From Phoronis australis (Eukaryota > Animalia > Phoronida), in contig NMRA01000001.1 of assembly GCA_002633005.1 (NCBI GenBank), positions 4,690,694-4,754,693 on the forward strand: a stretch of 64,000 bases of DNA. Reading direction: 5' to 3'. The notes below the pieces were generated by a model, which was not told where the DNA came from, ran no database searches, and saw nothing but the letters and a program-made list of their open reading frames with translations. Every line of letters starts with the position of its first letter. Position 1 is the stretch's first letter. A program made the translations under genes and the position numbers. Below are positions 1 to 14,000 of this stretch, piece by piece.

Positions 1-142
1 TCCCAGACAGACAAATCGATCACTTATGTGAGTGATGTGTGAGTGGTAGGCTGTAAACAACTGCGAACACATCAGAAAGTCTAATATTCACTTGCCATTT
101 TATTTTCTATTGGTAATTTAGAATTTGGTTTTATCTTTGTAT

Positions 143-330
143 GGGAATGATGTCAACAGCCCCTCCCATACTTTGTGTGGATAAAGTGTCAGCAACTCCT
201 GTGTGTAACTGACTTGTGCTATACTGTGTGTGGTAATGATGTCAGCGGCTTCTCCCATACTTTGTCTGGTAATGATGTCAGCGGCTCCTCGCACACTTTG
301 TTTGGGAATGATATCTTTGACTTGTCCCAC
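143..330. repeat. Degenerate minisatellite of about 38 bp
   Basis: GGTAATGATGTCAGCGGCTCCTCCCATACTTTGT-like units, about 5 copies. Confidence 0.8.
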
Positions 331-1177
331 ACATGCCTGTGAAGGTCAGGGTATTGTGAGCGATTGTTTGCATTGAGCTTTTAGTCTTTATCCAAACGTA
401 ATTTATGAACATAGTGTGTATATTGTGAAGTCGAAAAAGTCTAAGTCTACCTTAAAGAGTAATTGAAGAGCTTTATAAGATGAGAAGCTAAATATTCTTG
501 TCATATCTTTGATGCTGTGATTCCAACTATTGCACTTAATGCATAATGTAACATAAATGCTTGCTGTAGGAATGATGTGTTCTGCTAATTAAACATACTA
601 ATGTCCTCTGGTGGTGTAGAATTTTAGCCTATTTTTCGGGTCTATCACTGACAAAAATACCGAAATACATCGTGCTCGTGTCACTACAGATATTACTGTG
701 GTGTGAGTTGTAAGTCATTGCTAATGTCTTATGAAGGGGCTGTACTGCTTGATGAGTGATGAGAAACTATGTAGAATAAAAATTCCAAACACATGAGCAC
801 TGCCATGTAGAATTTTGTAGTGTCTCTGTATTTCTGAATGAGGTACATACGATTAACAGACAGTCTGAAATTCAGTTCGTTGTGTTCAGACGCTTATTGG
901 TACTCATAGTTGCTAGATTTATTGTCGTTACTGCTTGAATTTTTCAGTTTTTGTTTTTATCAACTGTTAGTTGTCCTGACAATTGGATGGAGCTGTGAAA
1001 GAACCGGTAATGAATCACAAGGACCTTGTGAAGCTTTTAGCTGGACCATTTTGGAAGTTACATTTAAACTAAAAATAATAAGTTTGAGTTTGAGTTTTTT
1101 ACTGCAGAAAAAAATGTTGTACTCCTTTCAGACTTAAGTACAGCCGTGTACATGTTGGAGTTATAATTATCTTTTAA

Positions 1178-1748
1178 CCCTTTTCCTGCGCTAGGCGAGG
1201 TCAGCCGACATGCCAAGTATCCTAGTACAATGCATTGGGTGTACTCAATTGACAATGCTAAGCTGCAGCTGTTCTGCGCTAGGAGAGTGCAGTCACCCCA
1301 GGACACTTGGGATTTTCATTCAGAAATTGTATGAACCCTGAAATTTTGTATAGATATGTGAGCTTGTGCATTCCATAGTTCACAGTTTCCTCTACATTTC
1401 TCAACCTTATGGCTGTGATTACTAGTTTGGGAGATATTAGCAGGTTTATGGAAGTGTAGACACATAGTTTCAATATATGACTGGAGCCAGACACAGAGGA
1501 TGACAGTGGATCGGTTAAGTTTCAGTAATGCTATGATGAAGATTTACATATGGTGAAAATCTCAACTGAAGTCTGGACAACTTTTATGTTGGCTTCTTTT
1601 CTGTGAAATTAACATTTCCCCATCAAATTTTCAACTTAAAATTGTTAGGTCATTAGTCTGGGTGACCTTTATAACAGCTTAGTGCGGTGACCTACTTAGC
1701 TCAGCACACAAGGAAAGTAGTCTAAATAGAGGCTCAGCAGGATAAGGG
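1178..1748. mobile_element. piggyBac-like non-autonomous element
   Basis: TTAA|CCCTTTTCCTGC ... GCAGGATAAGGG|TTGA: 11/12 TIR with CCC termini and TTAA-like flanks. Confidence 0.5.
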
Positions 1749-1938
1749 TTGAAAACCTTGAAAAAAGGTAACACAAAATAGCAATCAATCAAACTGGTAC
1801 TGAAACACTGTTTTTCCTTAGTATGACTCTCATGGACATAAATAACAGGCTGTACAAGCAATCGTGCCATGAAAGCAATAAGTGACTGCCTTGAACAAAT
1901 ACTTGCTGTGTATCAATATTGATGCCATCTTTATTTAG

Positions 1939-2093
1939 ATCTGATCGCCATTCCTGACTTTGAATCGGGTGCGATGGAAAACTGGGGTCTTATCACGTAC
2001 CGGATGGTGTCCATCTTGTATGATCCTGATACGGCCATAGAGCAGACTAAAGAAAGAGTGGCTATTGTTGTCGCCCATGAATTGGGTCATCAG
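1939..2093 (+). CDS. Aminopeptidase exon with GAMEN and HEXXH motifs
   Basis: (D)[21 protein letters not shown]...VVAHELGHQ; ttag acceptor, gtcagt donor. Confidence 0.95.
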
Positions 2094-5000
2094 GTCAGTA
2101 TCTGGCTTATTATAGGGCTCCAGATTGACATACTACAGTTTCAATGTATTAAATGACATTGATTTAATATTACTTTGTGAAAGTGTATGCGTGTTTCTCT
2201 TTCATGAAGTGTTTTCTTTTTGATTCTGCACGTGCTACTGGTCACAATTCTTATCAGATCGACATGACATTTATACAACACATGCTTGGGGGGCATTGAA
2301 CTCTTACCATGGGCAGCTGAACTTTTACCTTGGGTAGCTGAACTCTACCACGGTGACTGAACTCTACCACTGTAGCTGAATTCTTTCTGCGGTAGCTGGA
2401 TTCTTGCCATGGACATCTGAACTCTTGCCATGGGCGACTAAACTCTTACTACAGGCAGCTGTACTTTAACCAGGAACAGCTGAACTCTTGCCATGGGCAG
2501 CTGAGGCCTTACTTACTGTAAGTGTGACAAAGGCTGACTATGATGTTTGAATCATGGCATCAGAAAAAGCTTTTAAATAGGATGATATCAGAGTAGAACC
2601 TTTCTTGTTTCAGTGGTTTGGTAACCTGGTCACAATGGAATGGTGGAATGACTTGTGGTTGAATGAAGGATTCGCCAGTTATCTGGAGGTGAAGGGAGTT
2701 GACCATGTCAAGCCTGATTGGGGGATGGTAAGTGGCACCTCAGTTTTAGTAAAAGACTCATCAGATATCTGGAATTCAACAGAGTTGATCATGTCTGTCG
2801 TGAATGGGATGTTTTGAGGACTATGTATTCAGTATTATTAGATGTGCACCTTGGATCTTTGGCCTTTTAAGTACTGACATAAATGCCCATTTGAAATTTT
2901 TTCTGTCGTTGAAAATCATAATATTAATGTTTAAATGATCACCTAATGCTACTTATTATATTGCCAGGACTACAAGTATATTTCCAAGATACAGTATGCG
3001 CTGCAGTTGGACTCTCTGGTCCACTCGCATCCTATCTCTGTGAACATTGAAGACCCAGACGAGATCAGCTCCATATTTGACTCTATTTCATATGATAAGG
3101 TGTGTTAGTACTTATTGTGTGGCCTTAAGTGCTGTTGTCTAGGAGTGATGTCACCGACACACTTTTCATCTGTACAACTTACAGTGAATCTTGATGCTAT
3201 CTAGTGGGAGGTGTTTGATATAATATTGCTGAGGAGTAATTTCGAGGTTGGAAGTTTAGAATTATTTTTGTGAAGTGTTTTGGTGCTTGTTCCACTGGAA
3301 ATGATAACCACTGGGTTTCTGGCTGAAAATGAATAATTTACCCGCTCTTGGCAAAATCTTGACAATAATTTGTTGTTGGCTGTTCAATAAATTTGTTAAA
3401 ACATGGTTTCAGGATTATAATTCTACAAAAGTTACTTGTCATATGATGTGACCTTGTATGAGTCCAGGGGTACGTACTCCATGGCTGACGTATGCTCAAC
3501 GTTTAACTTTCGTGTCTGTAGGGTTCCTCATTAATCCGTATGATGGCTAGTTTCCTGGGTCATTCCGTACTCACGTCAGGCCTCCAGTCCTACTTAGACA
3601 AGTATAAGTACGGCAACGCAAGAACTGTTGACCTGTGGAACTCCCTTAAACAGGTAACATCACATGAGTAGAAAATTCCCTTGGAATTACCGTCATGTCT
3701 TGTTTGTTTAAATTCTGTAATTTTATAGAAACAAGACTTCACTTTCAAGCAGTGCACTATTTGGTAAAGGAATCTGCCTATTTTGTTACTAAGGTAACTG
3801 CCTATCTTAACTGCTGATTTTAGCATGAAACCTAGTCAAACTTGTTCCCTTATAACTATTACTTACAAGTCATGACTTCTGAACTTTTCACGGAATGTTA
3901 AAGACTTCATTGTTGATAGCTGAGTTCTGGCATGTTTACATTCACATATTAACTACTGTTTTCACATAATCACGGTGTTCACATAACTACAATATTCACA
4001 TAACTACTGTTTTCACATAATCACGGTGTTCACATCACTACCATATTCACATAACTACTGTTTTCACATAATCATGGTGTTCACATAACTACCATATTCA
4101 CATAACTACCATATTCACATAACTACCGTTTTCACATAATTACGGTGTTCACATCACTACCATATTCACATAACTACTGTTTTCACATAATTACGGTGTT
4201 CACATAACTACCATATTCACATCACTACCATATTCACATAACTACTGTTTTCACATAATTACGGTGTTCACATAACTACCATATTCACATAACTACCATA
4301 TTCACATAACTACTGTTTTCACATAATCACGGTGTTCACATAACTACCATATTCACATAACTACTGTTTTCACATAATTACGGTGTTCACATATCTACCA
4401 TATTCTCATAATTACTGTAGTGGCTTTGGATGATGCTTAGGGTGCTTAAATTGGGAACTTGAAAATCTGGGAGGGGGAGAGTGTGGCACCATGATGCTGA
4501 AATTCAGACTGTTTTTTTTACATAAATGTAAGCGAGTTTTGTCGTGAGAGCTAAAGTTTTTGTGAAGCATGTCTTCACAAAGACACTGGCATTTTCAAGG
4601 AAGTCCTGATATTACAAATTGTGGGTGAATGATAACCTGAGCATGCCAGGCATATGGCAGTGAAAATTTGGAAATTTTGCGGGTGGGCATTAAGTCAAAT
4701 ATGGGTGTTAATCCAGATGTGTTTGGTATGTTCTGGTAGGTTTTGGTATATTCTGATATGTTCTGACTTGTTTTTTTTTGAATTCCTAAAGGCCTCCATG
4801 TCAAATGTTTGTTTCACAGTCTAGATTTTGTCCAATCAATAATTAATAAGAAAGGTAACTTTCTTATTAATGGTAACTTTGTTTTTGTTTGTTTCAGGCT
4901 TATATGAAACATGACGGTGGGTCCTTGGATATTCCCCAAATAATGGACACATGGACCAAGCAGATGGGATACCCCCTTATCACAGTCCATCGAGAGGGTG

Positions 5001-8000
5001 ACACTGTGAGTGCTACCCAAAAGAGGTTCTACCTGCGTCAGCCATCAGCGCAGGAGATGCAAGGGAGCAAGTCCCCCTACCCAGGGTGAGTGTTACTGAT
5101 GCTAATGCAGTGGGTGCAGTGGATTGTAATGTTAAGTTGTTAATCTAATCAAGTGCCTATAAAATGTAAAATTAAAGACATAAAATGAGAAAAAAAGAAT
5201 TGATTGTAAAATGTACTGGTTGTTGGAGTGAATAAATGTCTTTATTTTACTCCATATCCGTCAGTTGCAGATGTGGTTACTTAAATGGTTCCTGAAGTTC
5301 TTTGTAACCTTTCACTGTTGACCTTTCACTGTTGACCTTTCTCTGTTGACCTTTCCTTCAGAGGTTACTCTTGGCATGTGCCATTGACATATCTGTCACA
5401 AGGGAATACCACAAACCAGTTGGTGTGGATGCCTCATGGGGGCAGTACACCCACCACTTTTCACGTTGAGGGCAATTGGTTCAAAATCAACATTAACCAG
5501 GTCATGTACTACCGGGTTAACTATGATAACAGCACATGGAGGGCGCTGACTCATCAACTTAACGAGAATCACACGGTTTGTGACAGTGTTTGGTTATACT
5601 TATTAGCAGTTGATTATTTCCAACCAGGATATCTGCCTTGAATTGTTTACTTTGCAAAATTGAGATGAATACACAAAAGCCATTTCAATTTCTCGCTTTG
5701 CTGAATTCTAGGTCTGCGATCCCTCTACTAACCTTTTTTAAACATGGCAATGGATTGATCTCTTCAATTATCACATGTGACTAGATACTAAAATATCTAC
5801 CAAGTTTGGGGAAGGCTTGCCTTGAGGTTATACATAGTGAAGAGAACCTGGCATCTGTTCAGTAGACGCTAGGACCTACGCTAGGACCTAGCTAAAGCCT
5901 AGTCAAAGTCATGTGTTCTTATTTACAATGCACGGCAATATCTCACGTAATCTCGCGAAGTCTTGCTTTTTAGCGAGGTCCTAGCGTTACTGAGCGGGAG
6001 GCTGTTTTGTCTGCTTCCACTGTAGTTACTACGTCCCTTACTGTGTTGCGGTGCCTTTAGCCCCATGTGTCTATATCCAAAATAATGCCTTTTTCGCATT
6101 GTTTTTACCCAAGTGGTTCGCATATGAGCTCACTTCCACAAAGACGCCCGTGGGCCTAATGGCGTAGTAATACGGTTTTAGTCAAACATGTTTCTACTAT
6201 GAAGAATCAGAAGACAACCCTTGCACCCAATTTTGCCTGGCTTTGGCAGGCTCTACACCTTCAAGTGCTATGTTATTTTGGTGTCCATTTTTGACACAAT
6301 CCTTTCTAAGAAATACCAGGACTGCCTTTGTCAAGTGTGGGATGAGTATCACTGCTCACTATAGACCAAGTTTTAATTTCGCTACTGTTGCTTACTCTAG
6401 TGTGAGGAAGTGTTCGCAAAAAAGAAACACCTCTATATAATTATCTTCGGCATATCAAGTCGCTGTGTCAAGTTTGTGTTTTGTTGGGTTTCACTTGCAA
6501 GAATGTGTTACAGGTCTGTGTACTGATTTTTTTCTAAATTTGACAACTATCAGCTTCGGGACCACTTAATGGTTAGCAGATGACATTTGTTCCATATTTC
6601 TGTTGGTGGCATGTTGTTGTTACGAATCAGTTCTTATTAATTGTAATGACCTGGTGTCTGCTTACAGGTACTGACACCTAGCTGTAGGTCCAGTCTTATT
6701 GACGATGCCTTCTCACTGTCCAGGTAAGTGGACAGTCTAATGAAGCTTACACAATTTTGTAGAACAGACTATTTTTGTCTGTATATTAAAGATTTTTTTC
6801 ATTTTTTTCACTACATATCTTGTGATACACTATTTGTTGTGACTGACAAGCAGATGACTATTTTACAGCATTTTGTATACTCGAGCACTCGACGTAATAC
6901 AATGAAAATGTAAAATGCTTACATGAAGTTAATGGTATGGTATGGACTATCTTTGTTGCCAGCTGTGCACAGATCACGTTTTTGTATATTTTTTAAACTA
7001 CTCGGTGATCAAAGACACATATTCCCCTCTTGTCTGGGTTAGTGCCTTTAATGCCCCTCTCCACAATGTCCACTCCCAAATTTATATGATTTAAGCTTCC
7101 TTAAAATTGCCAGTGTCTTTGTGAACACCTATCTCAGGATCTCTTGAAACATTTAGCCCCCAATACACAGTAACAAACAGTCACTTGTTGTGGCAAGAAA
7201 CTGTCCAAACTCTTTACTGAAGGAGATATGCAATGGTTGTCTTTGGCGCATGCTCATTTTTGTACCCGTGTCCAAAATGTGAAATATTTGCACGAGTGAA
7301 TCAACCATGTGGGTAAATCACTTGCCAAGACTTCTCAAAAAATTTGTTTTTAAATGCCCATGTGTGGCTTGACATCCACTCCTAGAATTTTAGTTTCCCT
7401 AGACACCTTTGGCAGGAGATTAGTACTTTATAAAAACAACAACTATTTGTAATCTTAATCTACTGGTTGCTGTGCCATTCCTGCTTTTGTTGTAGCTCTG
7501 TAATGATTTTCTTTGCACTCAGCTCTGAGCTGGTTACTTGAGATTAAATGTCTGAAGACGTGGGATGGTTCCCATGAAACATGTCATGATTTAAAACGGT
7601 TGTTTTTGTTCCAGTAATTCCGTATTCGCCGTAATAACCGCCCATGCCCCTATAAGCGCCCCCCCACGCGTTTTCAGACTTTGCTGAAATAAGCGCCCAG
7701 TCCATGAACGTGTACATGCGAACAATGATGTACCTACAATCCTAAAACTCGGCTACAGTAACGTCTTCAATTTATCAAAAAATTTTTGCACGGGTCTTCT
7801 AGATCACCAGCGGCACTGCTACGCTTGTATTTAGCTGTGACTTTATACTTCAAGGTAACGCAGCGCTTCAAAAAGAACGCAACAGCGTTGCTATTCTCGC
7901 GAAGACCGCGTCCCACTATGGTCTCACCTTTCAGTAGACACATCGACTGTCTCATGAATAAAAATAACTCGGTGTTGAACGCAAGTGGCCAGGAAGCGCA

Positions 8001-11000
8001 CGCGCTACATACATGAACCTGTCATCAAAGACATTAGTCGGGAACTATCCATTCATGAAACGGGTAGCATTGCATCGATAAGAAATGAATATTGGCACTA
8101 ATTTCCAACAATTTCTAATACTATAAAACATGTTTGCATTATTTTTGAGATGGATTGTTTGATTAACCATAATTGGTGTTTTTAAGCTGAATATCCGATA
8201 AAATGACAACTGACAGTGAATGCTTACACACCCTTACACCGAAAAATAACTGTCAGTTAGTTACGTACGCATCCAGCTACACGGCGAATAATATGGGCCT
8301 TACCGAGACAAATGTCGAAAGTTTTTAGCACGAGACCGGCAAGTGCTGAATGAAACACGCTCTGGTTTAAGCCTACTGCTTGTGCAAATTTCTTTAGACA
8401 CATCTAGCTAGTTAGATTGCGTGGCTCTGGCCAAAAGACAGTCTCTACTTTGGCAAATGAACTCTGGTGACACGCACACGCTCGCTTACTCGCAGACGAA
8501 CTTCAAAACAAACGTCACGTGACAACAACATGTGTGTTCGTCCAGACATTTTTCTCGCCGTGTTGCCGATCATACATGTAGATGGCACGATGTTGCACAG
8601 ATTTGTACTTAAACCTGCCGTTAATCCAGACTCCACGGGAACTTAAAAAATCTTGGCGACGCTACTTATAAAACTTAATGAGGATTTCAGGTAATTTGCT
8701 TGAGTCCAAAAATTTTTATTCAAGCATTGAAGTCGCCATATCGAAGACGGCGATTTCGAGGCAGTCAGTTGGCGAGTTTTCGCCCTGGGATTTCAGCACA
8801 ATTTTCTGTAACATGATCGTAATTTAGCAGCAAAGTTTGATAGCAATGCACCACAGTTTTGTTGAAAGTCTTTCATAGATTACATATACGTCACAGAGCG
8901 TAAATTTGATGAATCTTAGCTTCCGATTTCGCCCGTTTTGGAGAGTGGGTTTCAACCGCCTTGGGTTATAATAAGCGCCCCCTCGAACCGAACTTTTCTA
9001 AGCGCCCTGGGCGGTTATTACGGCGAATACGGTATTGGCACTAATGTGTACGAGTACATTTGGAAAGAGTACATGATATAGCTATAATTTCCAGACTTGA
9101 AAACTTTTGTATAAAGCTTAGAAATTCTGTTTATTCTATTGCCTACAAAAGCTGTTCTAGGATTTTGTTTTGAAGAATTATAGCTCGAGAATTTGGCTTT
9201 CAAAAATGAAGACTTAAGATTTTATGATAGTTTTGGAAGTCTTTATTTTTGATAGCTTAGATCTTGGACTAAGAGAAAATTTCAGATTTGCCTTCATTGT
9301 TGATAGAATGAATAAATAGAGGTGTCAGTTTTCTGGTGACTTTATCATGGACTTTTACGTAAACGTGATATTTTCCTTGCATGGAGTTAAATAATATTTT
9401 AATGGTTTGAATTCATAGGTTAAAACTTAGTGTCTAGGGAATCTTTTAAATGTTTGACCCTTGAAAACAAAGCTATTAAGTTTCTTAAATGGCCTCGGGG
9501 GGTTCTTTCACAGTTAATTGTTAGTAGAAGAGTGTAAGTAGGTGGGTAGGTAGTGAACAGACTTGGTGAATCCACAAGTACGTACTTCTTTGTAGATCAG
9601 GTCATCTTGACAGTGATGTGGCCCTCAACCTGACCATGTATGTGTCACGTGATAGGGACTACCTACCGTGGTCAATAGTCACCTACTGGTTTAAGAACAT
9701 CTTGAGTATTGTAGTGGATGATCAACACCTGAAGGACTTGTGTGAGGTGAGGGTTAGTTTTATAGCTTTGCTAAAGTTGAGGATGTCATATACTGTAATT
9801 TTTTTTCGCTAGCTGTGCTAGTTAAAGTTGAAGGTGTCATCTACTGCAGATCTCCCTTCATTAGCTGTGCTAGTTGTGGATATCATCTACTGCAAATCTT
9901 CCTCTATTAGTCATCATGCTAGTTAAAGTTGTGGATGTCATCTACTGCAAATCTTCCTCTATTAGTCATCATGCTAGTTAAAGTTGTGGATGTCATCTAC
10001 TGCAAATCTTCCTCTATTAGTCATCATGCTAGTTAAAGTTGTGGATGTCATCTACTGCAAATCTTCCTCTTATTAGTCATCATGCTAGTTAAAGTTGTGG
10101 ATGTCATCTACTGCAAATCTTCCTCTATTAGTCATCATGCTAGTTAAAGTTGTGGATGTCATCTACTGCAAATCTTCCTCTATTAGTCATCATGCTAGTC
10201 TTGTTTTCTAACCATTGTGGGATGATTGTCGGTTTATAAACATCCGATGGCATCACAGATAACTTGATGACGTGTAAGAAAAATGATGAGAGAGACGGAG
10301 AGAAACTTTTATTTTTTTAATCACATAAAACATACATTGTCTGGGTGGCCAGCAAAGGCACGGGACGCTAATACCTGACCACGGAGTATACAACAAAAGT
10401 CAGGTTCAAACACAGACTATAGTACATGGACCGCCAACTCGGTCTATTTTCAATAAATGAAATCTGTGATCTTATGCATAAGCCGTGACGTCATTATTCA
10501 CTTACCTGGCTGATATAGCAGGCGTTACTTCCGGCATGTACGTCGTCTGCTAATCGTGGTCATTTAGCCGGGATTAGGATCGGCGATTTTGCCCAACTTT
10601 AAATAAATTGATTGCTCGTAAAACGTTAAATTCTTATATAAAACTCATATTGATACTCCAGAAATAACCACCAGGCGTACTCAAAAACCAATCTCGCACT
10701 TCAATAGCAGTTTACTTGACGTTTCATTTTAAGCTCAAATGTACACCGGCGCCGCTTAAAATTTCTGGACTCTACTGTTGGAAGACCATGAACGACGTTT
10801 CAATACCGAAAAAATTATGTTTCCGTTGTACTAGACAGTAAAATAGATGGAAGAATTTCCTGTCACAATACACTTACCGGCCGAAGCTGAGCTTGCTATG
10901 TATAGTGGGTGGCACCTGCTCTAGGATATTTCGCAAGAAAATGTTGAAGTTGCGAATCTGTTGTCTATAATCTATGGTTCAAATGAACGATAACTGTTAA

Positions 11001-14000
11001 CGAAATTGGAGATTCTGCCTGCGTTATTAACTGGCAAAAACACAACACAGGACAGTGAAGCAGTTGATGCAACTTAATTTATCTCAAATTATTAGCGTGG
11101 TTTGAGGTGCGAACTTATCTGTTAGTTATTGGTTAAATGCAGACGGTAATGAAGAAGTTGGGAATCGATCACTGAGTGCCTCGGGGAAAACGCTTAGCAA
11201 CAACACTTTGTCAAAAATAAACCAAACTTTTTTGTCCAATCACCATTTAATCAAAGATAAAATGAAATGCGTTGAAGAAAACTCAGAAATGTCAAATTGA
11301 AGAAACCTAATGAATCTTTAGACCTTAATTGCTGCGTGTTTGTGATAAGCTATGTGGACGTAATTAACATCCAGGCCTTCATTGTTAATTATTCCATTTA
11401 CTCAATAAATTTTGTTTGACAGAAACATCCCATCTAGATGTTACGTAATATTTTAGCCTGACTTGTGTGTTGATGGACAGAGAGATAGTGGACCATGCGG
11501 GTTTGACATTGAATCATGAGACTTGAATTAATTGTTACACAAAGGTCACGCTAAAGGTCGTTGAACAGGATTTAATGAACAGTCAACACTGTTGGTCCAC
11601 TGTATATAGACTTGTATGGTACTTGTTGTGTTTGATCATTTCATTATGTGTGCTTTTGTTTGAGTGTTTGTGCCCAGTTTTTATAATTATAGTAATTTTT
11701 TGTATATTTACCTAATGCCCTAAGCTGAGTGTGTTCATTGCAGACATACATGAAACAACAGATGAAGCCCGTGTTGTCATGGATGGGTGATACTGATGTT
11801 GGGAGTCACCTGACCAGGTGAGTTGACGACAGTATCTGCCTGTAGCAATTTGTTGGATCAAACATAGCCAGTGATAAAGGCTTAGAGAAAACAGTATTAG
11901 CCAGTAATAAGGCCTTAGAGAAAACAGTATTAGCTAATAATGAGGGTTATAGAGTTAGTCAGTAATGAAGGTACACAGAAAACAAACTTAGCCAGTAATG
12001 AGGGCTATGGAGAAGGCAGAGGCAAACACATATGAGCACTCCACAAATTTAGCTGCAGAATGATGGAAATTTTCCTCATTGCTTCACACCAGATACAAGT
12101 TTTTTTAATGAAATATTCGTTTTTGGTTATATATTGGTTTCTAATGTCGTTGTAAAGACTGACTTATCTGAAGTAACCCTTGATGGCAAGTTCTAGTTCT
12201 ATGCAAGATGTCACTGTGACTCGGTGATCTCTAGGCTGGTCTCGCACACTTCAATAACTAGCTAGAGGGATGAATTGATTGCAGTCTTTATTATCTGATA
12301 ACTTTTTAGGTCTACATAACATACATGAACACACCAAATATTCGACTCAAGGAGCTGGGCTAGAGAGAAAAGATCAATGTTAACACTGTTGAAGCCTCGT
12401 TTTGCAATTGGAATGTCAACCGTGCATAAGTTTTAAGAATAGCCTGTTGGACTGAAACTTTGGAAGTTCATAGATGTTGATGAATCAAGGCAACAAGAGG
12501 TAGCTTGAATTAAGCATTTAACTGGTGTCTACTGATTTCAGGTTGTTGAGATCCAAATTGTTTGGTTATGGTGTAGGATTCAATGAGACGAGGTCTGTGT
12601 CTCATGCACTGGACTTGTTCAAAAAATGGATGACAGACAATAAAAGGTTTGTTGACTGTCTTACATTATCGGGAATTTTCTCTCCACTGACTTATGTGTG
12701 CCTGTGAAAGAACACAGGTTTACGTCATTTAAGCTAATAGCTGGCTGGGCTGAGATAGCACAACTTGGACAAACAGAATGTGCAAGATTTTTTTGACTTG
12801 TGATAATAATCAATTGAATTTTATGATAAGTTTAACAAAATGTCCTTAAAAGTTCAAAGCAATCATTCTCCTCTCATACTCTTTAATGGACATCACTTGA
12901 AGATATATTAATGCGCTAGCTTCAAGAATGTTGGAGTTCATGGTCAGTTTCCAAACATTGTTAGTGTGATGCTTAATGATAGACTCACTGAAAGCTAATT
13001 AGTAATGTTTTGTTCATTGATTTAAAAATGAACCATCACAATTAGACAGTCGACCAGAATTTCATTACGTCGTTTTCCCGTTGCTGCCAACTTGTTTGAT
13101 TCTATAACCCAACAACAAAAAGACCCCTGTAGCCAATATCTTACATGACTGATTAACTCCATTCTGGCATTTGTGGTTGGAGGGCCAGCTCTCTTTTGTT
13201 TGATGATTGCTCTAATCTCCAAAAAAATCGTATCTAGCCTGACTAGGCTGTGCTGCTAAAAAAAAGTTAAGATATAACACATTTGAACATACACCAATAG
13301 CATTTCTGAAATCCTCGTCAAATGGTGATCATCTTTAGTTTTTTAATCGCCAAAATCACCTAACTACAACTGGAGTTACGACAATCTATTCTTTTCGAGT
13401 GTACAAATTCGCTCTGTGTTTGACTGGGTTCACACGTGGTCTGTAATAAGCCTGGTAGATAATTGGCCTGCCTGTTGTCGCACCAGACAAAACACTGTGA
13501 TTGGCAGTTAACAAAGAAGCTAGATGTTATCACACGCTCACAACCCTCTCTATCTGGTAAAGTCACTGAACGGGAAAACGCCGTCATGTGTCGATGACAC
13601 TAAATCAGATTTTGATGGCAAAGTCATAATTTAGTTGAAAACAACAAATAATATGATTAACCTAAAACTGTTACTTGTCACTTTTTCGAGGATTGCCAAG
13701 CTAAAGATTGCGATTTGATGAATTTGATAATGTTTTGAGTTGGGACAATTCTTTATGAAAATGTCCGATTCGTACCCTAGAATTTCCTGCTGTATTTTAA
13801 CTTCCTGCTTGCTGATGGCAAAAGTCACCCAAAACACTGAAAAACAACTGGCAGAACAGACAGGCTGCATGTGTGACAAAAATGTGGAATAAAGTTTGTC
13901 TTAGATTGATACCGTTTAAAAAATGCCCATCGTTTTTTCAGCACAAAACATGGCATCACGGTTTCGAGAAGAAATAACACATTGATTCCAGCAGAACAAC

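Noticed and set aside
1-1938. Search for the upstream aminopeptidase exon (..YPLPK..)
   Set aside because: No recognisable M1 coding sequence. A gtgagt near 28-43 could be a donor, but the preceding bases could not be assigned.
3941-4420. CRISPR-like appearance of regular repeats (also 9760-10200 and 28771-29090)
   Set aside because: There are no unique spacers and no cas genes, and the context is a eukaryotic intron; these are minisatellites.
13235-13867. Possible Academ-like MITE (TAGCCTG...CAGGCTG ends)
   Set aside because: The terminal match is too short and degenerate, and no TSD could be confirmed.
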